A stretch of DNA of 63,201 nt, filler included, from Licmophora abbreviata (lineage: Eukaryota): NCBI GenBank assembly GCA_900291995.1. It is 19 parts of 19 records of this genome, joined end to end, with 100 filler letters (N's around TTAATTAATTAA, not from the genome) between each part and the next. Parts side by side here need not be neighbours in the genome. Positions count along the whole stretch, not along the records: positions 32,149 to 34,794 come from OLMU01003870.1; positions 34,895 to 40,380 come from OLMU01003873.1; positions 40,481 to 41,679 come from OLMU01003874.1; positions 41,780 to 46,192 come from OLMU01003875.1; 15 more parts are not named here. One strand, 5' to 3'. Below the pieces are notes generated by a model, which was given only the letters and a program-made list of their open reading frames with translations, was not told the origin of the DNA and ran no database searches. The translations under genes and the position numbers were made by a program. Within the stretch, counting starts at the first letter, position 1, and every line of letters starts with the position of its first letter. Below, one piece after another: positions 32,617-42,122 of the stretch.

Positions 32617-33561
32617 ATGTGCGGAATTGCTGGATTGATCCACAAGGGCAAGAGCGCGAATGTCGGGTCCGAGATGACCGCGATGCTTCAAGCCCTGAAA
32701 CACCGGGGGCCGGACAGCACCGGATATGCTGTCTACGGCGAACCGAAGGATGGCGACTATATTCTGCGGCTGAAGGTGGCCGAGGCCGAGGACATGGCCA
32801 AGGGCCGGGGGATCACGCAGATCCTCGAGACGCGCGTGCGCGAGGTCGAAGAGATCATGTCCGAGTGCGGCGCCACGATCAAGGACCGCCAGAGCGCCAC
32901 GAAATACGCCCATCGCTATGTGCTGGCTCATGGCGGCGACGAGGCGAGCATCGGCGAGATGGCCAAGATGATCGAAGAGGTCGACGGCGTCGAGATCCTG
33001 TCGATTGGCCGGGGTCTGGAACTGATCAAGGACCTGGGCGATGCATCGGTCGTGTCGGGGCTTTACGGGCTGAACGATTTCGTGGGCACCCACGGGATCG
33101 GCCATACGCGAATGGCTACGGAATCGGATGTCGACATCAAGTCGGCGCATCCTTATTGGGCGTTTCCCTATAACGACGTGAGCGTCGTGCATAACGGCCA
33201 GATCACCAATTACTGGATCATGCGCCGCGAGATGGAGCGCAAGGGTCACCGGTTCATGTCGAATTGCGACAGCGAGTTGCTGGCGGTCTATACCGCGCAC
33301 AACCTGGCCAATGGCATCTCGCTCGAGGACAGTCTGCGCAAGTCCATCGGCGAGATCGACGGTGTGTTCACCTATCTGGTGGCGACCAAGGATCAGCTGG
33401 GCATGGCCAAGGACACGATGGCGGCGAAGCCGCTGGTTCTCTACGAATCCGACGATCTGATCGCGATGGCCTCGGAAGAGGTGGCGATCCGCGCGATCCT
33501 TCCGGAAGAAATCGACACTTATGACCCTTACGACGAGGAGGTCCGGGTATGGCAAGCGTAA
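32617..33561 (+). CDS. Class II (Ntn) glutamine amidotransferase, MgsA/GlxB-like
   Basis: MCGIAG, HRGPDS, GHTRMATES, VHNGQITN and DSE. Confidence 0.85.
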   Translation: MCGIAGLIHKGKSANVGSEMTAMLQALKHRGPDSTGYAVYGEPKDGDYILRLKVAEAEDMAKGRGITQILETRVREVEEIMSECGATIKDRQSATKYAHRYVLAHGGDEASIGEMAKMIEEVDGVEILSIGRGLELIKDLGDASVVSGLYGLNDFVGTHGIGHTRMATESDVDIKSAHPYWAFPYNDVSVVHNGQITNYWIMRREMERKGHRFMSNCDSELLAVYTAHNLANGISLEDSLRKSIGEIDGVFTYLVATKDQLGMAKDTMAAKPLVLYESDDLIAMASEEVAIRAILPEEIDTYDPYDEEVRVWQA

Positions 33562-34418
33562 CCGACGCAGAATTGAAACAGATGAGTCAGGATGAGCGCG
33601 CCAAGGCGCTTGGAATGACCACGGAGCAGCTGACGGGCAAGTCGCTCTATATCGAGTTCGATCCGGAGGCCACCGATCGCTACACCTATCCGTGGGCGTA
33701 CGATGTCGATTTCAACAAGCGCACCGAGATCGACACCGACAATCTGACCACGACCGAGGTGAATATCGCGATCCGCGACAAGATGAAGGAAGGCTATGGC
33801 ACCATCGTGCTGCAGAATCCGCGCGGCAAGCACAGCCTTGGCGTCGGCATCCTGAACAAGCTGAACCTCATCATCGAGGGCTCGTGCGGTTATTTCGGTG
33901 TCGGTCTGATCGACGGCCCGAACGTGCGGATCACTGGGCGCGTGGGCTGGTCCTGCGGCGAGAACATGATGTCCGGCACCATCGTGATCGAAAAGAACGC
34001 GGGCTCCACCTTTGGCGCGGCGATGCGCGGCGGCGATCTGGTGTGTCGTGGGTCGGTCGGATCGCGGACAGGCATCGACCAGAAGGGTGGCACGATCATC
34101 GTGGGTGGCGACACCGGCGCGCTGTCGGGCTTCATGATGCAACGTGGACGCATGGTGGTGTGCGGCAATGCCGGCAAGAACCTTGGCGATTCGATGTATG
34201 ACGGGATGATCTTCGTGGGTGGTGAGATCAAGTCGCTGGGCGTTGACGCGGTCGAGGCCGAGTTGACCGATCTGGACCGGCACTGGCTGACCCGGAAGCT
34301 CACGCAATACGGGCTGATGCCCGACAAGGGCGTTGATCATTTCACCAAGATCGTGGCTGGCAAGCAGTTGTGGAACTACGACAACCTCGAGCCGTCCGAG
34401 AAGAAACTCATTCTGTAA
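33549..34418 (+). CDS. GXGXG glutamate-synthase beta-helix domain protein, MgsB/GlxC-like
   Basis: Repeated G-x-x-G motifs (GENMMSG, GAAMRGG, GIDQKGG, GFMMQRG, GDSMYDG). Confidence 0.85.
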   Translation: MASVTDAELKQMSQDERAKALGMTTEQLTGKSLYIEFDPEATDRYTYPWAYDVDFNKRTEIDTDNLTTTEVNIAIRDKMKEGYGTIVLQNPRGKHSLGVGILNKLNLIIEGSCGYFGVGLIDGPNVRITGRVGWSCGENMMSGTIVIEKNAGSTFGAAMRGGDLVCRGSVGSRTGIDQKGGTIIVGGDTGALSGFMMQRGRMVVCGNAGKNLGDSMYDGMIFVGGEIKSLGVDAVEAELTDLDRHWLTRKLTQYGLMPDKGVDHFTKIVAGKQLWNYDNLEPSEKKLIL

Positions 34419-34466
34419 TGGAGCGGCGCCCGGCACCTTCCGTTACCCGCAAAAAGGAACAGACAC

Positions 34467-34794
34467 ATGGCTGATGGCGATCTGCCCACCAAGAAGCCCC
34501 TTGCGCGCGACACCTACAGGCTGGGAGATTCCTTTATCTTCCCGCCGCGCGTCATGGATGACATCCACATCAAGTCCGAGCTTGGACGCTACCGGATGCG
34601 GGGGTTTTCCCTTTTCAAGAAGATCCCGCATTGGGATGACCTGACCTTCCTTCCCGGCACGCTGACGCGTTTCGTGATCGAGGGCTACCGCGAGAAATGC
34701 GAAACCCGCACCGTGATCGGACCGCGCGCGAAAAAGCCGCTGGTTCTGGATATCCCGGTCTATATCACCGGCATGAGCTTTGGCGCGCTGAGCT
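34467..34794 (+). CDS. FMN-binding glutamate-synthase-family protein, MgsC/GlxD-like (5' part only)
   Basis: PHWDDLTFL..EGYREKC..IPVYITGMSFGALS. Confidence 0.82.
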
Positions 34795-34894
34795 NNNNNN
34801 NNNNNNNNNNNNNNNNNNNNNNNNNNNNNNNNNNNNNNTTAATTAATTAANNNNNNNNNNNNNNNNNNNNNNNNNNNNNNNNNNNNNNNNNNNN

Positions 34895-35363
34895 GGCCGA
34901 GGTCTACCGCGAAAGCGCGCATGTCAGCCCCGGCCGTCGCGCGGTGATCCATGACACGCCGTTCGGCAGGATCGGCCATACGATTTGTTACGACCTGCGG
35001 TTTGCACACCTCTTCCGCAGTCTGGCGCAGGGCGGGGCGGATATCCTGCTGTGCCCTGCCGCCTTCACCCGCAAGACCGGAGAGGCGCATTGGCATGTGC
35101 TGAACCGTGCGCGGGCGATCGAGACCACCCGTTTCGTCGTCTCGGCCTGCGCCATAGGGCCGGTGCCGGGGGGCGGAGAAAGCTATGGTCATTCGCTGGT
35201 CGTCAGCCCGTGGGGCGAGGTGATCTGCGATGGTGGCACGCTGCCCGGTGTGGTGCAGGCCCGCATCGACCTTGACGACATCGCCCGGGCCGAGGGGCGC
35301 ATCCCGAGCCTGACCGCCGACCAGCCATTCACCCCGACCCAACCCAGAAGGAGCGTCGCATGA
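34895..35363 (+). CDS. Nitrilase/carbon-nitrogen hydrolase family (3' part)
   Basis: YRES, ICYDLRF, PAAF..TGEAHW..RARAIE and GHSLVVSPWGEV. Confidence 0.88.
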
Positions 35364-35950
35364 GTTCGTTGGCGGCACAGTTCGGACAGAGTTTTTCGGA
35401 CCATCCCCTGCGCAAGGCCTTTATGAAGTGGCAATGCCGCGTCAGGCAGATGTCGATGCGCGATGAAGATGGGCGCCCCGGCGATCCGATCATGCCGGCG
35501 GTGCTGTTGCCGGATCAGGCAGAGCCGCTTGGCCATATCATCACGGTGATGAACAAGGCGCCGGGCTATTCGGTGACGCCCGAGTTGCAGCATATGGCGG
35601 CCAAGACGAACGATCCCGCGCAGATCCGCGATCAGGCGATCCGGTTCCTGTCATCGGCCTATTACCAGAAGCCTGAGGAGTTTTCGGATATCCTGACGGC
35701 GACCTTTCCGCCGGGATCACAGGGGGCGGCGCAGATCCATGCGGCGGGGCAGTGCCGGTTGATTTTCGACGCCTACGCGCAGCGGTTCGATCTGTCGTGC
35801 AAGGTCTGGAGGCTGGCGCCGCACAACCTTTTGCATCAGGCGACGGTGGCGCATAACAAGCTGTTCAATCCGGCGCTGCCGCCGGATACGGAAGTCTTGG
35901 GCTTCGAGCCGGACTGGGCACAGAGCTGCGCCGATCCGGCCATTCGCTGA
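35360..35950 (+). CDS. Hypothetical protein, translationally coupled to the nitrilase
   Basis: 196-aa ORF with an AGGAG RBS, an ATGA overlap and host-like codon usage. Confidence 0.8.
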   Translation: MSSLAAQFGQSFSDHPLRKAFMKWQCRVRQMSMRDEDGRPGDPIMPAVLLPDQAEPLGHIITVMNKAPGYSVTPELQHMAAKTNDPAQIRDQAIRFLSSAYYQKPEEFSDILTATFPPGSQGAAQIHAAGQCRLIFDAYAQRFDLSCKVWRLAPHNLLHQATVAHNKLFNPALPPDTEVLGFEPDWAQSCADPAIR

Positions 35951-35975
35951 ACCGGGGCGCTGCGCGGTCAGCCGG

Positions 35976-36548
35976 TCAGTGGGAGCGGTCGATGTCCCCC
36001 ACGGCCAGCACTGGGGAGGCGTCGATATCCTTGGCGTCGAGCATGGTTGACACACGCTCCAGAACGGCGACGATCATCGCCTGTTCCCAATCGTCGAGCG
36101 CCTCGAACTGCTTGACGTAGCGCTGTTGCAACGCGTCGGGGGCGGCGCGCACCTTGGCGATGCCTTCGGGCGTGATGCCAAGCCGGGTCTGGCGGCGATC
36201 CTGTTCGGATTGCTGCCGTGTCAGCAGGCCCTTTGATTCCAGTTTCTTGATGAGCACCGAAATCGTGGCCTGCGTCACGCCCATGCGCTGCGACAGCTCG
36301 GTCGGGGTGGCGTAGCCTTTTTCCGATACGATCTGCAGCACGCGCAGCTGCACCGCTGTCAGGCCCGCCTCGCGCGCGAGATCGCGCGAATACATCTCGG
36401 TGGCGCGCAGGATGCGGCGCAGGGCGATGAGGCTGATATCTGTCCGGTCCACATCGATCTCCGTGAGGGGCCGGGACAGATTACTTTTTTTACCCAGATG
36501 CGCAATCCGTGACGTCGTTTGGTTCATTTTTCTAACTGTTTGTGCCAT
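35976..36548 (-). CDS. ectR: MarR-family regulator of the ectoine operon (start uncertain)
   Basis: LIALRRILRA..GLTAVQL..DRRQ wHTH, divergent from ectA. Confidence 0.8.
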   Translation of the reverse strand: MAQTVRKMNQTTSRIAHLGKKSNLSRPLTEIDVDRTDISLIALRRILRATEMYSRDLAREAGLTAVQLRVLQIVSEKGYATPTELSQRMGVTQATISVLIKKLESKGLLTRQQSEQDRRQTRLGITPEGIAKVRAAPDALQQRYVKQFEALDDWEQAMIVAVLERVSTMLDAKDIDASPVLAVGDIDRSH

Positions 36549-36685
36549 CCATCCTATATAAGGCTAAGGGGTTTTTAGTTCAATATGCGCGAATTGCCGC
36601 GTATGAGGTATAAAATTACTTAGCCACTTGAAAATAGATGCGGCGTGAATATACTTAGGCTTGCTAACAACAAGGGATCAGAGCC

Positions 36686-37216
36686 GTGCATACAATCGAA
36701 GGATCGAAGCAAAAACCGAAGATCACGTTCCGCAAGCCATGCCGCGAGGATGGTGCGGCGATCTGGGAATTGATCGCGTCCTGTCATCCGCTGGATGAGA
36801 ATTCGATGTATTGCAATCTGATCCAGTGCGACCATTTCCGCGACACTTGTATCCTTGCAGAGATGGACGGTGTGCCGGTGGGCTGGATTTCGGCCTATGT
36901 GATGCCGTCGGACGAGGAGACGCTGTTCGTGTGGCAAGTTGCCGTGTCTGAAAAGGCGCGCGGCCAAGGGCTTGGTTCGCGGATGTTGAAGACGCTGACC
37001 GAGCGCGAGGAATGCGAGACGGTCAATCGTCTGCAGACCACGATCACGCTGAGCAATGATGCGTCGTGGGCGCTGTTCGGGAAATTCTCGAAAGCAATTG
37101 GCGGCAAGCTGAAGAGCCAGCCGCATTACACCCGCGAGGACCATTTCGACGGACGCCATGCCACGGAGCATATGGTCACGATCGACTTCGCCGAAGCGCT
37201 GAAGCGCGCCGCCTGA
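36686..37216 (+). CDS. ectA: Diaminobutyrate acetyltransferase
   Basis: PLDENSMYCNL, LFVWQVAV, TTIT..NDASWALF and HATE. Confidence 0.95.
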   Translation: MHTIEGSKQKPKITFRKPCREDGAAIWELIASCHPLDENSMYCNLIQCDHFRDTCILAEMDGVPVGWISAYVMPSDEETLFVWQVAVSEKARGQGLGSRMLKTLTEREECETVNRLQTTITLSNDASWALFGKFSKAIGGKLKSQPHYTREDHFDGRHATEHMVTIDFAEALKRAA

Positions 37217-37263
37217 TCGCGGCCTGCGCCAGCCTTCACTTTCACAGACATAAAGGAAACGCC

Positions 37264-38556
37264 ATGCCGACTGACATGTCAGCCGACTTTGAAATCTTTA
37301 CACGCCGTGAATCGGAAGCGCGCAGCTATTGCCGCAGCTTCGAGACGGTGTTCACCAAGGCCAAGGGCGCCGAAATGACGGCCGCCGACGGCACGACTTA
37401 TATCGACTTTCTGGCCGGGTGCTCGTCGTTGAATTATGGGCATAACGATCCGGATATGAAAGAGGCGCTGGTCGCCCATATCGCGGGCGACGGGATCGCC
37501 CATGGGCTGGATATGTACACGCAGGAAAAGGCCCGGTTCCTCAAGGCCTATGAGGAGAATATCCTTGAGCCGCGGGGCATGGACTACAAGGTGATGATGA
37601 CCGGACCGACCGGCACGAACGCCGTGGAAGCGGCGATGAAGCTGGCACGCAAGGTCACGGGGCGCCGCAATATCGTGGCTTTCACCAATGGCTTTCACGG
37701 CATGACCATGGGGGCGCTGTCGCTGACCGGTAATGCCGGCAAGCGGGCTGGTGCGGGCTGTGGATCGCTGTGTGGCGTGACGCGGATGCCGTTCGATGGC
37801 GCATTCGGCGACGAGATGGACACGCTGCGTCAGATGGAAATGATGTTCGACAACCCGTCGTCGGGTGTCGATGCGCCTGCCGCGTTCATCTTTGAGCCGG
37901 TGCAGGGCGAGGGCGGTCTGAACGCTGCATCCGATGAATGGATGCAGGGCGTCGCCCGACTGGCCAAGAAGCTGGGCGCGCTGCTGATCGTCGATGACAT
38001 CCAGTCGGGGTGCGGGCGCACGGGCACCTATTTTGCCTTTGAAACTGCGGGCATCGAGCCGGATATGGTGACACAGGCGAAATCGCTGTCGGGCTTCGGC
38101 CTGCCATTCGCCGCGCTGCTCATCAAACGCGAGTATGACATCTGGAAGCCCGCCGAGCATAATGGCACCTTCCGTGGCAACACTCATGCCTTTGTGACGG
38201 GCCGCGTCGCGCTCGAGAAGTTCTGGGCCGATGATACGTTCCAGAACGAGGTGCAGCACAAGTCGACGATCCTGACGGCCGGCTTGCAGACGATTGCCGA
38301 TGTTGTGCCGGGTGCGCGTCTGAAGGGGCGCGGCATGATGCAGGGTGTCGATGTCGGCTCGGGCGAGTTGGCGGGCGATATCTGTGCGCGCGCCTTCGAG
38401 AACGGCCTGATCATCGAGACATCGGGCGCGGATGATGAGGTGGTCAAGGTGCTGGCACCGCTGACCATCCCCGAAGAGACGTTGCGCAAGGGACTGGACA
38501 TCCTGCTGGATGCCGCCCGAAATGCGACGGTGCAAAACAAGATCGCAGCGGAGTGA
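37264..38556 (+). CDS. ectB: Diaminobutyrate-2-oxoglutarate transaminase
   Basis: ESEARSYCR, LNYGHN, GPTGTNAVEAA, DDIQSGCGRTG and EHNGTFRGN. Confidence 0.96.
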   Translation: MPTDMSADFEIFTRRESEARSYCRSFETVFTKAKGAEMTAADGTTYIDFLAGCSSLNYGHNDPDMKEALVAHIAGDGIAHGLDMYTQEKARFLKAYEENILEPRGMDYKVMMTGPTGTNAVEAAMKLARKVTGRRNIVAFTNGFHGMTMGALSLTGNAGKRAGAGCGSLCGVTRMPFDGAFGDEMDTLRQMEMMFDNPSSGVDAPAAFIFEPVQGEGGLNAASDEWMQGVARLAKKLGALLIVDDIQSGCGRTGTYFAFETAGIEPDMVTQAKSLSGFGLPFAALLIKREYDIWKPAEHNGTFRGNTHAFVTGRVALEKFWADDTFQNEVQHKSTILTAGLQTIADVVPGARLKGRGMMQGVDVGSGELAGDICARAFENGLIIETSGADDEVVKVLAPLTIPEETLRKGLDILLDAARNATVQNKIAAE

Positions 38557-38563
38557 TAAAAAG

Positions 38564-38956
38564 ATGATCGTCAGACATTTCGATGATGTGGTGAAGGCCG
38601 GAAACTCGGTTTCCGATGCGCGCTGGACATCCGTGAGGATGCTGCTGGCCGATGACGGGATGGGGTTTTCGTTCCACATCACGTTCCTGGAAGCGGGCAG
38701 CGAACACACGTTCGAATACAAGAACCACTTTGAAAGTGTGTATTGCGTGCAGGGCAAAGGCTCGATCACCGATCTGAAAACGGGGGAGACCCATCAGATC
38801 AAGCCGGGCACCATGTATGCCCTGAACGAGCATGACCGGCACACGCTGCGCGCCGAAGAAGAGCTGGTGATGGCCTGCGTGTTCAACCCGCCGGTGACCG
38901 GTCGGGAAGTGCACCGCGAGGACGGCTCTTACGCGGCGCCCGAAGAAGTATCCTGA
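38564..38956 (+). CDS. ectC: Ectoine synthase
   Basis: WTSVRMLLADDGMGFSFHIT, YKNHFESVYC and CVFNPPVTGREVH. Confidence 0.96.
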   Translation: MIVRHFDDVVKAGNSVSDARWTSVRMLLADDGMGFSFHITFLEAGSEHTFEYKNHFESVYCVQGKGSITDLKTGETHQIKPGTMYALNEHDRHTLRAEEELVMACVFNPPVTGREVHREDGSYAAPEEVS

Positions 38957-38998
38957 ACTCAGAGGCGCCCCTGGGCGCAAGCCCGGGGGTGAGCAAAG

Positions 38999-40495
38999 AT
39001 GACCCAATCGACCCATACAGTCGAAAAGATCGGCGGCACATCGATGTCGCGGCTGGACGAATTGATCGAAACGCTGTTTCAGCGCGACGATCCCGCGAAG
39101 ATCTATAACCGGATGTTCGTTGTTTCGGCCTTTGGCGGCATTACCGATCTGCTGCTGGAGCACAAGAAGACCGGAGAGGCGGGCGTCTATGCGCGCTTTG
39201 CCAATGACGAGGACGATCACGGCTGGCTTGACGCGTTGTCGGGCGTGGCCAAGGGAATGCGAGAGGCGCATGGCGCGGTTCTGGGCAATCCCGCCGATCT
39301 GAGCGATGCGGATGATTTCGTGCGTGACCGTGTAGAAGGGGCGCGCAACTGTCTGATCGATCTGCAGCGCTTGTGTTCCTATGGGCATTTCCGCCTGAGC
39401 CAGCACATGATGCTGACGCGCGAATTGCTGTCCGGTCTGGGCGAGGCGCATTCGGCCTATGTGGCGACGCTGGCGCTGCGCCGGGCGGGTATCAATGCGC
39501 GGTTCGTCGATCTGTCGGGCTGGCGCGATGAGCGGGAAATGACGCTGGATGAGCGCATCCATGACGGGTTGGACGATGTGGACGTGACCGAAGAGCTTCC
39601 CATCGTAACCGGCTATGCGCAATGTCGCGAAGGGCTGATGGCCGAGTTCGACCGCGGCTATTCCGAGGTGACGTTCAGCCGGATCGCGGCGCTGACCGGC
39701 GCGCATGAGGCGATCATCCACAAGGAGTTCCACCTGTCCTCGGCCGATCCGAAGCTGGTCAAGGGCAAGGTGCGCAAGCTGGGCCACACGAATTACGATG
39801 TGGCCGACCAGCTGTCGAACATGGGGATGGAGGCGATCCACCCCAAGGCCGCCAAGACCCTGCGCCAGGCGGATGTCGCACTGCGGGTGACCAACGCCTT
39901 CGAGCCGCATGATCCCGGCACGCTGATCGACGATCAGCCCGCCGATACGCCGGCGGCCGAGATCGTCACCGGGCTTGAGGCGCATGCGCTGGAGTTGTTC
40001 GAGCAGGATATGGTGGGCGTGAAGGGCTATGACGCCAAGATCCTCGAATTGCTGACGCGGCACGGGATCCGGATCGTCTCGAAAACCTCGAACGCCAATA
40101 CGATCACCCATTACGTGGACGCCCCCCTGCGAGAGTTGCGCAAGGTCGAAAGGGATCTGAACAAGGTCTATCCAAGCGCCGAGTTGACGATCCAGCCGCT
40201 GGCCATTGCGGCGGTGATCGGGCGCGATCTGTCGGGGTTGAATGTGCTGGGTCAGGGTCTCAAGGCGCTGGCCGAAGACGGTGTCGAGGTGCTGGCCGCG
40301 CATCAGACGACCCGGTCGGTCGATGTGCAATTCGTTGTCCCCAGAGAATCGCTGGCGGCTTCAATCGGTGCGCTGCACGGNNNNNNNNNNNNNNNNNNNN
40401 NNNNNNNNNNNNNNNNNNNNNNNNTTAATTAATTAANNNNNNNNNNNNNNNNNNNNNNNNNNNNNNNNNNNNNNNNNNNNAAGAAAGCCGCCTGA
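38999..40495 (+). CDS. ask: Ectoine-associated aspartate kinase (3' end interrupted by linker)
   Basis: VEKIGGTSM, VVSAFGGITD and FDRGYSE. KKAA* at 40481-40495 is the probable C-terminus. Confidence 0.9.
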
Positions 40496-40531
40496 AAGGC
40501 GGCGACATAACCAAATAAAATTCAGCGACTT

Positions 40532-40573
40532 GCCCCGTCCGGCCTTCCCTTGGTCCGGCGGGGCTTTTTCTTT
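40532..40573 (+). terminator. Probable intrinsic terminator of the ect operon
   Basis: GCCCCG-T-CCGG..CCGG-CGGGGC stem followed by TTTTTCTTT. Confidence 0.65.
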
Positions 40574-40745
40574 GGGGGGATGGGGGAGGCATTCTGCGTT
40601 CAGGCTGTTTGGCTCTTTGCGGTGCGGAGAATGGTGGATCTGAGGCCAAATTGACCCGTGCGGCACGAGCGACCTTGTTGTTTACATTCCCCCGGATTTC
40701 GGTGTCACTAAGCTCAACGGATTGTACCACAAAAGGGAGACAAGC

Positions 40746-41679
40746 ATGGGCCTGTACCAACAACTTCAGGAACGCGAAGAACAGAACATCCCCTTGCGCG
40801 TCGGCGTCGTCGGGGCGGGTAAGTTCGGCACGATGTTTCTGGCCCAGGCCCTGCGGATTCCCGGTGTTCATGTGGTCGGCGTTGCCGATCTGCGGGTCGA
40901 CGTTGCCAAATCCAACATGGTCTACGCCGGATGGTCCCATGACCGGATCGAGGCCGCGTCACTGGACGCAGCGCTTCAGTCCGGCACAACCCATGTGGGC
41001 CAGGATGCGATGGCGATGATCGACCATCCCGGCGTCGATATCGTTGTCGAATGCACCGGCAACCCGGTGATCGCAGTTGACCACGCCCTTGCTGCTTTCG
41101 CGGCGGGCAAACACGTCATCTCGGCCACGGTGGAAGCCGATGCCGTGTGTGGTGCGGCCCTTGTGGCACGGGCCAAGGCGGCGGGCGTGATCTATAGCCA
41201 GGCTTACGGCGATCAGCCCGCCATGACGGTGGAGTTGGTCGATTGGGCCCGCACCTGCGGATTCGAGGTCGCCGCCGCGGGCCGGGGCCACAAATGGAAA
41301 CCCGAATACCGTTTTTCCACCCCCGACACGATCTGGGACTTCTGGGGCGTGACCCCGGAACAGGCCGAGCGCGGACGGCTGAACCCCAAGATGTTCAACA
41401 GCTTTCTGGACGGCACCAAACCTGCCATCGAAAGTGCCGCGATTTCCAATGCCACCGGGCTGAATGCGCCCACACATGGTCTGAGCTATCCGCCCGGTGC
41501 GATCGACGACATCGCCACCCTGATGCGGCCCCGAAGCGAGGGCGGGGTGTTGGAAGAGGCCGGCATGGTGGAAGTGGTCTCGAGCTTTGCGGAAGACGGC
41601 AGCATGATCCCAAATGACATCCGCCAGGGTGTCTGGGTCGTGGTCAAGGCGACCTCGGACTATGTGAAGAACTGCTTTG
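40746..41679 (+). CDS. NAD(P)-dependent oxidoreductase, homoserine-dehydrogenase-like/SAF family (3' end in gap)
   Basis: VGVVGAGKFG, VECTGNP, AYGDQP and MFNSFLDGTKPAIE. Confidence 0.8.
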
Positions 41680-42122
41680 NNNNNNNNNNNNNNNNNNNNN
41701 NNNNNNNNNNNNNNNNNNNNNNNTTAATTAATTAANNNNNNNNNNNNNNNNNNNNNNNNNNNNNNNNNNNNNNNNNNNNCCCCATTTCGTGGAAGGAATG
41801 TTGCTGGATGAAAGGCGGCTGTGTCCGCTCTGCCGACTTTCATTGTCCCAACTGAACTTGTGTCTGTCGGGGACAAGACTGCTTTCAGGTAGATCAAAGA
41901 CTTACCAAGCAGATTGTCCGCCAAGTTCAAGTGGGACAGAGCCTCCGAAATTTCGTTAGTGCAGGATTTCGCCCTATCTGCAACTGACCCGAACATGGCG
42001 CGCAGCGTTACTGCGGGGTGTGGCCAAGGCGAGCGCAGAGATCAGGGCAAGCCGATCTGCGACTAGGTAGACCGTTGAGAGCGTGATATTCTCGAGCGCG
42101 GTGTGTTGAACGAGGATCCGTC

